In this document: positions 57,157 to 64,000 of the stretch, piece after piece
How positions within the stretch are numbered: the stretch's first letter is position 1
How the letters are laid out: each line of letters starts with the position of its first letter
Source of the DNA: an uncultured Pelagibacteraceae bacterium
Lineage (GTDB): Bacteria; Pseudomonadota; Alphaproteobacteria; Pelagibacterales; Pelagibacteraceae
NCBI GenBank assembly: GCA_902628195.1
Contig: CACOLY010000004.1
Span: forward strand, 183-64,182
Length of the DNA stretch: 64,000 bases
Direction of reading: 5' to 3'
The notes under the pieces: generated by a model
The model's database searches: none
What the model saw: the letters and a program-made list of their open reading frames with translations, nothing else
Told to the model about the DNA's origin: nothing
Made by a program: the position numbers and the translations under genes

Positions 57157-58545
57157 ATGAAATTTAGAAAAGAATTCGACAGTATTGGAAAAATCAGTGT
57201 ACCAGATAGTAAATATTGGGGTGCTTCCACACAAAGATCAAAAAAATATTTTGATATTGGTGAATTTTTAGTAAGACCGATATTGATAAAGTCTATTGCT
57301 ATAATAAAAAAAGCAGCTGCAATAATTCACGGAAAAGAAAAACAAATTTCACCAAATATTTCAAAAGCAATTATAAAAGCATCTAATGAAGTAATATCAG
57401 GAAAATTAAATGAACATTTTCCCCTGAAAGTATGGCAAACAGGATCGGGTACTCAAACTAATATGAATGTAAATGAAGTAATAGCAAATAGAGCAATTGA
57501 AATTTTAGGAGGAAAAAAAGGTTCAAAAAAACCTGTACATCCTAATGACCATGTAAACAAATCACAGTCCACTAACGATGTATTTCCAACAGCAATGCAT
57601 ATTGCAATAGCTATTGAAACTAAAAATAAGCTTTTACCGTCTCTAGAGTTATTAAATAAAGAATTAAAAAAAAAAGTTACAAAATTTAAAAATATAGTCA
57701 AGGTAGGAAGAACTCATTTACAAGACGCAACACCTTTATCTTTAGGTCAGGAATTTTCGGGGTATCAATCTCAATTAGAGGATTGTATTTCAAGGATAAA
57801 AAATGGCCTTAAAGAAATTCATTCATTGGCACAAGGAGGCACTGCTGTAGGAACTGGTATTAATAGTAAAAAAGGTTTTGATAGAAAAATTATTAACGAA
57901 ATAAAAAAAATAACTAATATTCCATTTAAACCAACAAAAAACAAATTTGCAGCTTTAGCTGCTCATGATGAAGTTGTAAATTTTTCAGGTACATTGAATA
58001 CTACCGCTGTAAGTTTAATGAAAATTGCTAACGATATAAGATTTCTAGGTTCAGGACCAAGAGCAGGGTATGGTGAATTAATTCTACCTGCCAATGAACC
58101 TGGCTCATCAATTATGCCTGGTAAAGTAAATCCAACCCAATCTGAGGCAGTAACAATGGTATGTGTAAAAGTTATAGGAAATCATAATGGTATAACCATG
58201 GCTGGGTCTCATGGACACTTCGAATTAAATGTATTTAAACCTTTAATTGCTCATAATATTCTACAATCTATTGATCTTCTTGCAGATAGCTCAAGAAATT
58301 TTGCGATGTACTGTATTAAAGGTTTAAAGGCAGATAAAGATAAAATAAAATATTACCTAGATAATTCCTTAATGCTTGTAACAGCGTTGGCACCAAAAAT
58401 TGGTTATGATAATGCGGCTAAGATTGCAAAAAAAGCCCTTAAAAATAAAACAACTTTAAAACAAGAAGCCATAAAAACTGGGCTTATTAATGAAAAAGAT
58501 TATGATAAAATTATAAATCCAAAAAAAATGATTTATCCATCGTAA
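57157..58545 (+). CDS. fumC: Fumarate hydratase class II
   Basis: WGA.TQRS, WQTGSGTQ.NMN.NEV, GRTHLQDATP, GSSIMPGKVNPTQ.E. Confidence 0.98.
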   Translation: MKFRKEFDSIGKISVPDSKYWGASTQRSKKYFDIGEFLVRPILIKSIAIIKKAAAIIHGKEKQISPNISKAIIKASNEVISGKLNEHFPLKVWQTGSGTQTNMNVNEVIANRAIEILGGKKGSKKPVHPNDHVNKSQSTNDVFPTAMHIAIAIETKNKLLPSLELLNKELKKKVTKFKNIVKVGRTHLQDATPLSLGQEFSGYQSQLEDCISRIKNGLKEIHSLAQGGTAVGTGINSKKGFDRKIINEIKKITNIPFKPTKNKFAALAAHDEVVNFSGTLNTTAVSLMKIANDIRFLGSGPRAGYGELILPANEPGSSIMPGKVNPTQSEAVTMVCVKVIGNHNGITMAGSHGHFELNVFKPLIAHNILQSIDLLADSSRNFAMYCIKGLKADKDKIKYYLDNSLMLVTALAPKIGYDNAAKIAKKALKNKTTLKQEAIKTGLINEKDYDKIINPKKMIYPS

Positions 58546-60023
58546 CTTTCAAATAAATCATTTACAAAATTTCTAAATCTAACTTTGTTAAAATTTTTTT
58601 TTGGATAAGCGTTGTAGTCATTTACAAAATCATTCAATTCTAAATTCTCTTTATTATCAATAATAATATTATCAAAATTCAATTTTGAATTACTAATGTT
58701 ATAATTTAAATCAAATTCAATTTTTTTAATTGCTTTTCGGTTTTTTCTTGGAACCTGAAAGAAACTAAAAAAATCCATAGCATCTTTTAAGTTTATAATG
58801 ATTTTAGATACAAGATAAATTTCACTTTTATCGTAAATCAAATAACTTTCATCCAACTCTATTTTTAAATCATCTTTCCACATTACACTAGAATTAGAGG
58901 GACTTATATTTCCCTCTGATAAGGAAAGATTTAAATCCAATTGATTAAATTCATTTACATCGTTTATATTCTCAATTTTAAAATTAGTATTAATATTTAA
59001 ATTTTTATTATTCAAAATTTCAGATTTAAACAAATCTATAATAATTGAATCACTTTTTAATAAATTCTTTAGCATCATATTTTCATAATTAAAATTTGCT
59101 GAAAAATAAAATGGTTTAAAATCTAAGTATCCATTATAATTTTTTTTTTTATCTAGTGAATTAAAAATCATAGAATTATTTGTAATTTCATAATTTAGTT
59201 TTGTATCCTTATTAATTAATAATATACTAAGTAATCCTTTTTTAACTTTTTCTTTATAATCAAATTCATTTTCAATATTAAGTCTTATTTTTTTTGAGTT
59301 AAATGTTGATGTAAATTTTTTTTCAACTGGTTTATTTCTTATTTTAAATTTAAATGGAATATTAAAAATTTCATTTTTAAAAAATAGAATATTTTGTAAA
59401 TTTTTTTCGTCATAAAAAAGATTGATGAAATCCACTTTATTGATAAATAAGATCTCATCATTCTCATTATTAAAAAAAATATTACTTTTTAATATTGATA
59501 AACTATGATTGTTTGGTTCAATAAACAAAAGCTTTTTAAAAAAATCTAAATCATCTAAGTTAATATTAAAATCTGCTTTAACAAATTGTACATCTTTAAT
59601 TAAAAGATAGTTCATTTCAAATAACCTATTAAAAGAAATGAAAATTTTAAAATTTTTTACTTTTGCAATATTTTTATTTTTTTCAACAACAGATAAATTT
59701 TTAGAATAGAAATTAGGTTTTGGAAAAAAACTATACTTAATATCTTCATTAAAATTTATTTCCACACCATATCTTTCTAGCATTTGATTCTTAATTTTGG
59801 CCTTAAGGATATTTTTATCATAAAGAGTTGGCATTAAAAAATAAGCCAAAGTTAAAATCAATAATGCACCTAAACCATAGAAAAGTCTGCTATTAGCATC
59901 AAATTTTGTTTTTTTTAAATTTGTTTTAAATGATTTAATTTTATTGAAATAGTTTTCTATTGAATTATTTATTAATAGAATTTGTTTTCTGAGCTTTTTT
60001 GCTAATATTTTACTTTTCTGCAT
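58533..60023 (-). CDS. Hypothetical membrane-anchored protein, AsmA-like
   Basis: One N-terminal TM segment followed by a long beta-rich, low-complexity region; FFPKP motif near the N-terminus. Confidence 0.55.
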   Translation of the reverse strand: MQKSKILAKKLRKQILLINNSIENYFNKIKSFKTNLKKTKFDANSRLFYGLGALLILTLAYFLMPTLYDKNILKAKIKNQMLERYGVEINFNEDIKYSFFPKPNFYSKNLSVVEKNKNIAKVKNFKIFISFNRLFEMNYLLIKDVQFVKADFNINLDDLDFFKKLLFIEPNNHSLSILKSNIFFNNENDEILFINKVDFINLFYDEKNLQNILFFKNEIFNIPFKFKIRNKPVEKKFTSTFNSKKIRLNIENEFDYKEKVKKGLLSILLINKDTKLNYEITNNSMIFNSLDKKKNYNGYLDFKPFYFSANFNYENMMLKNLLKSDSIIIDLFKSEILNNKNLNINTNFKIENINDVNEFNQLDLNLSLSEGNISPSNSSVMWKDDLKIELDESYLIYDKSEIYLVSKIIINLKDAMDFFSFFQVPRKNRKAIKKIEFDLNYNISNSKLNFDNIIIDNKENLELNDFVNDYNAYPKKNFNKVRFRNFVNDLFESYDG

Positions 60024-60057
60024 AAAGTTTTGGAGTATTTATATTAAAATAAGTTAA

Positions 60058-62091
60058 ATGTTAAACTCTGATTTTTTAAAAAACCTGAATAAAAACCAAA
60101 AAGAAGCAGTGATGCACCTTGATGGTCCATTATTGATCGTGGCTGGGGCTGGTTCGGGGAAAACTAAAGTTTTAACTACAAGGATAGCAAATATTATTAA
60201 CAGTAAAAAAGCTTTTCCAAACCAAATATTAGCAGTGACGTTTACAAATAAAGCGGCAAAAGAAATGCAAACAAGAGTAAGTAAAATTCTAGGCTCTACT
60301 GCAGTTGGTTTATCATGGTTAGGTACCTTTCACTCAATCTGTGCTAAACTTTTACGGAAACATGCATCAGCTGTAAATCTAAATTCAAATTTTACAATTA
60401 TAGATACAGACGATCAAATAAGATTAATAAAAAATATTTGTAAAGCAGAAAATATTGATGTCAAACAATTAGCGCCTAGATATATTCTTGCAATTATCGA
60501 TCGTTGGAAAAATAAAGGTTTTTATCCAAGTGAGGTAATAATTAATAAAAAAGATATTTATGAAAAAACCATATTACCAATTTTCAAAATTTATCAACAA
60601 AAACTAATAGATTTAAATTCTTGTGATTTTGGTGATTTAATTTTGCACACTGTTAAGATTTTAGAAAAAAATTTAGATATAAGAGAAATTTATTCGAAAA
60701 ATTTTAGATATATTCTAGTTGATGAATATCAAGATACAAATTTTATACAAAATAAATGGTTAAAATTGTTAACTGAAAAAAATAAAAATATTTGCTGTGT
60801 TGGTGATGATGATCAATCAATTTATAGTTGGAGAGGTGCAGAGATCAAAAACTTTTTAGAATTTGATCAAATTTACAATAATACAAAAGTAGTCAGATTA
60901 GAGCAAAATTATAGATCAACTCAAAATATTTTAACAGTTGCATCAAATTTAATTTCCAATAATCAAAATAGAGTTGGTAAAACTTTAAAGTCAACTCAAG
61001 AAGATGGAGAATTAATTCAATTAAACTGTTTTAAGAATGGAAAAGATGAAGCTATTGGAGTTTCTGATAAAATTGAAAAGATAAAAAAAAAATATTCTCT
61101 TAATAATATATCAATTCTTGTTAGAGCTATTTATCAAACTAGAGAATTTGAAGAAAGGTTTTTAAAAATAGGTATGCCTTATAGAATTTTAGGTGGTATT
61201 AAATTTTATGAAAGAGCTGAAATCAAAGATTGTGTGGCCTATCTACGATTAGTTCATCAAAACAAAGATGACTTGGCTTTTGAAAGGATAATTAATAATC
61301 CAAAACGATCAATTGGAGAGAGTACTATTAAATCTATTCATGAATATTCTAAAAAAAATTCTATGTGCCTAGAAATTTCATCAAAAAAAATGATTGAAAA
61401 TAATTTAATTAAACCAAAAGCTAAAGTTGGTTTAACAATTTTTTTAGATCTTTTAAAAAAGTGGAGAGAAAATTTAAATAAAAATAATTTTAATCATGTC
61501 AAATTACTTCAAATAATTCTTGATGAGTCTGGCTATTCTGCAATGTTAAAAAATAAAAAAGATTTAGAAAATGAAAATAGACTTGAAAACATAAAGGAAT
61601 TACTTAGTGCAATGAAAGAATTTGATAATTTAGAAAGTTTTTTAGAACATGTTGCTTTGGCTACTTCTGTTGATCAAGACTGGGATGGACAAAAAGTTAA
61701 TATGATGACTATGCATGCTGCCAAAGGTTTGGAGTTTGATGTTGTATTTTTACCTGGTTGGGAAGAGGGTTTATTCCCTCATCAAAAATCTATTGAGGAA
61801 AAAGGTCAAAATGGCCTAGAAGAAGAGAGAAGACTTGCTTATGTTGGTATCACCAGAGCAAAAAAGAAAGCTATAATTTCATTCTCTATGAACAGATTCT
61901 ATCAAGGTGATTGGATTGATAGTATGGCCTCTAGATTTATTGATGAGCTTCCTGAGGATTATTTGGAAAAAAATTCTTTTTTTGATGAGACAAATGATAT
62001 GGAGGAAGATTTTGATTTTAATCAAGATTTCGAGGAAAATGATAATATTAGAAGTCCTGGATGGATAAGGTATCAAAAGCGAATTAAATGA
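60058..62091 (+). CDS. uvrD: UvrD/PcrA superfamily 1 DNA helicase
   Basis: LN..QK.AV, AGAGSGKT, TFTNKAA.EM, VDEYQDTN, VGDDDQSIYSWRGA, MTMHAAKGLEF, EERRL.YV.ITRA. Confidence 0.96.
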   Translation: MLNSDFLKNLNKNQKEAVMHLDGPLLIVAGAGSGKTKVLTTRIANIINSKKAFPNQILAVTFTNKAAKEMQTRVSKILGSTAVGLSWLGTFHSICAKLLRKHASAVNLNSNFTIIDTDDQIRLIKNICKAENIDVKQLAPRYILAIIDRWKNKGFYPSEVIINKKDIYEKTILPIFKIYQQKLIDLNSCDFGDLILHTVKILEKNLDIREIYSKNFRYILVDEYQDTNFIQNKWLKLLTEKNKNICCVGDDDQSIYSWRGAEIKNFLEFDQIYNNTKVVRLEQNYRSTQNILTVASNLISNNQNRVGKTLKSTQEDGELIQLNCFKNGKDEAIGVSDKIEKIKKKYSLNNISILVRAIYQTREFEERFLKIGMPYRILGGIKFYERAEIKDCVAYLRLVHQNKDDLAFERIINNPKRSIGESTIKSIHEYSKKNSMCLEISSKKMIENNLIKPKAKVGLTIFLDLLKKWRENLNKNNFNHVKLLQIILDESGYSAMLKNKKDLENENRLENIKELLSAMKEFDNLESFLEHVALATSVDQDWDGQKVNMMTMHAAKGLEFDVVFLPGWEEGLFPHQKSIEEKGQNGLEEERRLAYVGITRAKKKAIISFSMNRFYQGDWIDSMASRFIDELPEDYLEKNSFFDETNDMEEDFDFNQDFEENDNIRSPGWIRYQKRIK

Positions 62092-63785
62092 TTGAAAAAA
62101 AGATTGAAGAATTAAGAAAAAAATTTAATTTTTTTGGAATTGACGGCTACATTATTCCAAAAAATGACGAATTTTTTGGTGAATATGCTTTAAATGATAG
62201 ATTAAAAAAAATATCTAACTTCAGTGGATCAGCTGGATGTGCAATAGTTTCAAAAAGTAAAAATTATCTATTTGTTGATGGCAGATATACAATTCAAGCA
62301 GAAATTGAGTCAGGAAAATATTTTAAAATAATAAATTATGAAAAAATTATAAATTGTAAAATTTTTAAAAATCTCAAACTTGGAATCGATCCTAAAGTTT
62401 TCACATCATTAAAAATCAAAAAATGTTTTAATAAAAATAACAAAATTAAAAATATTAAAAAAAATTTAGTAGATCTAATTTTTAAAAAAAATATACCAAA
62501 ACTAAAATCTTTTTATTCACTTAGTAAAGATGTTACAGGGCAAAGTCACTTAATTAAGATTAAAAAGGTAACTAATTACATGAAAAGGAATAAATCAAAA
62601 TATCTTTTTATTAGTGCGCCAGAGAATGTCGCTTGGTTACTAAATATTAGAGGATACGACAATCCTACTAGTCCAATTCCAAATTGTCGCTTATTACTAG
62701 ATGATAAAAGAAAAATTTTTTTAATTGCTGAAGAAAAAAAAGTAAAAAAATTGATTAAAGAAAAAAAAATTTTTAAACAACAAATTATTGAACCTAAAAA
62801 TTTTGAATATTTAATAAAAATAATAAAAAAAGGTAAAATAATTATAGATAAAAATAGTTGTTCAATTTATCATGAAAACTTAATAAAAAGAAAACTAGAT
62901 ATTAAAAGTAATGAAGACCCAATTTATTTTTTAAAATCCTTGAAAACTCCAAATGAAATTAATTCAATGATTGATGCACATATTTCAGATGGAGTTGCAT
63001 TAACTAAATTTCTTTACTGGATAAAAAATGTGAATAAAAAAAAAATTTCAGAATTTGATGCCCAGAATAAATTAGAGTTTTTTAGAAAAAAAAATAAAAA
63101 ATATTTATACCCAAGTTTTAATACTATTGCAGGATCTGGAAAAAATGGAGCTATTGTCCATTATAGAGCTAGTAAAAAATCAGCAAAAAGAATAAATAAA
63201 AAAGACATTTTTTTATGTGACTCTGGTGGCCAATATAAATATGGAACAACTGATGTTACAAGGACGATATGTTTTTCTAAACCAAAACAAAATATCAAGA
63301 ATGTTTTCACAAAAGTTCTAAAAGGACATATAGCGGTAATTACTGCTGATCTAAAAAAAAATTTTAATGGAAAATTGATTGATGTACTTGCAAGAAAAAG
63401 TTTAATAAAAAGTGGTCTAAATTATAAACATGGAACTGGACATGGGGTTGGATTCTTTCTTAACGTCCATGAAGGTCCTCATGCAATATCAAAATTTAAT
63501 ACTATAAAAATACGAGAGGGAATGATTGTGAGCAACGAGCCAGGCTATTATAAAAAAGGAGAATTTGGTATTAGAATTGAAAATCTTATATATGTTAAAA
63601 AAAATAATAATAAATTATTTTTTGAAAATTTAACGTTAGCACCGATTGAGAAAGAGTTAATTAATTATAAAATGATAAATGATAAAGAAAAAAATTATTT
63701 ATTTAGATATCATTTAACAGTTTACTCTAAATTATCTAAATTTCTTAACAAAAAAGAAAAGAAATGGTTAGCTAGTTTTATTTAA
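62088..63785 (+). CDS. Xaa-Pro aminopeptidase (M24B)
   Basis: F.GSAG, LFVDGRY, SFNTI.G.G.NGAI.HY, DSGGQY..GTTDVTRT, HGTGHGVG.FL.VHE, SNEPGYY, GIRIEN. Confidence 0.92.
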   Translation: MIEKKIEELRKKFNFFGIDGYIIPKNDEFFGEYALNDRLKKISNFSGSAGCAIVSKSKNYLFVDGRYTIQAEIESGKYFKIINYEKIINCKIFKNLKLGIDPKVFTSLKIKKCFNKNNKIKNIKKNLVDLIFKKNIPKLKSFYSLSKDVTGQSHLIKIKKVTNYMKRNKSKYLFISAPENVAWLLNIRGYDNPTSPIPNCRLLLDDKRKIFLIAEEKKVKKLIKEKKIFKQQIIEPKNFEYLIKIIKKGKIIIDKNSCSIYHENLIKRKLDIKSNEDPIYFLKSLKTPNEINSMIDAHISDGVALTKFLYWIKNVNKKKISEFDAQNKLEFFRKKNKKYLYPSFNTIAGSGKNGAIVHYRASKKSAKRINKKDIFLCDSGGQYKYGTTDVTRTICFSKPKQNIKNVFTKVLKGHIAVITADLKKNFNGKLIDVLARKSLIKSGLNYKHGTGHGVGFFLNVHEGPHAISKFNTIKIREGMIVSNEPGYYKKGEFGIRIENLIYVKKNNNKLFFENLTLAPIEKELINYKMINDKEKNYLFRYHLTVYSKLSKFLNKKEKKWLASFI

Positions 63786-64000
63786 CATTTTAAGCCAATC
63801 AGATTGGTTTAAAATTTTAATATTTAGTTCTTTAGCACTATCAACCTTTCTTTTGGTTGGTTTATCTCCAATAATTAAGTAATCAAGTTTTTTTGATATA
63901 TTGCTAATAATATTTCCTGAATTCTGCTCAATTAAAGATTTGGCCTCTGCTCTACTCATATTTTCCAATTTTCCAGTGAGCATGAAATTTTTATTTTTCA
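63768..64000 (-). CDS. ligA: C-terminal BRCT domain of NAD-dependent DNA ligase (partial; frame open to window end)
   Basis: KNFMLTGKLENMSRAEAKSLIEQNSG...SKKLDYLIIGDKP...K...A.EL.I.I: a LigA BRCT pattern. Confidence 0.85.
   Translation of the reverse strand, partial: KNKNFMLTGKLENMSRAEAKSLIEQNSGNIISNISKKLDYLIIGDKPTKRKVDSAKELNIKILNQSDWLKMLNKTS

Noticed and set aside
924-61879. Many 60-135 aa ORFs in the track antisense to or out of frame within long genes (e.g. 924-1250, 1766-2110, 2643-2867, 3352-3963, 6554-6739, 15624-15827, 17800-18269, 18992-19761, 30830-31069, 33746-34009, 38947-39144, 40743-40949, 44640-44930, 52613-52798, 53948-54689, 57453-57701, 61879-62076)
   Set aside because: They lie wholly within well-supported genes, have no recognisable motifs and show typical shadow-ORF composition.
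1-64000. CRISPR arrays, insertion sequences or long tandem repeats
   Set aside because: No regularly spaced repeats, cas genes, transposases or terminal inverted repeats were seen by eye.

Overview
Very AT-rich, densely packed alphaproteobacterial chromosome segment with tiny or negative intergenic distances. It is most consistent with Candidatus Pelagibacter (SAR11): proteorhodopsin, a tandem glycine riboswitch before gcvTHP, alphaproteobacterial GAAC-N7-GAAC/GTAC SOS boxes, a CBS-less IMPDH and DctP6/7-type TRAP genes. The taxon is inferred, not database-confirmed. About 60 genes are present. From left to right: MOSC protein; an EamA-creatinase-amidinotransferase operon; moeA; NifU-like/HPP/NAD-dependent formate dehydrogenase; selO; tspO-FAD oxidoreductase-2OG oxygenase; a cfa/DUF1365/amine-oxidase/DUF3833/SDR cluster resembling furan fatty acid genes; gcvTHP; 5-oxoprolinase pxpABC with a TRAP transporter; panB, guaA, guaB, rlmE, pssA, psd, icd, alaS, recA, tolC; umuDC; a secreted polysaccharide-lyase-like protein; glycosyltransferases; dksA followed by two uncalled small membrane ORFs; GST, ferredoxin and its reductase; blue-type proteorhodopsin; prpE, pyrC, ygfZ, fumC, uvrD, aminopeptidase P and the 3' end of ligA. 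I saw no tRNA, rRNA, CRISPR array, integrase or transposase. The most promising leads are: (1) creatinase coupled to an AGAT-type amidinotransferase, (2) the furan-fatty-acid-like cluster, (3) the PL7/heparin-lyase-like secreted protein, (4) a DnaA box plus three phased GANTC sites plus a LexA box upstream of umuDC, and (5) the two small ORFs coupled to dksA. All family calls come from motifs recognised by eye; no searches were run.
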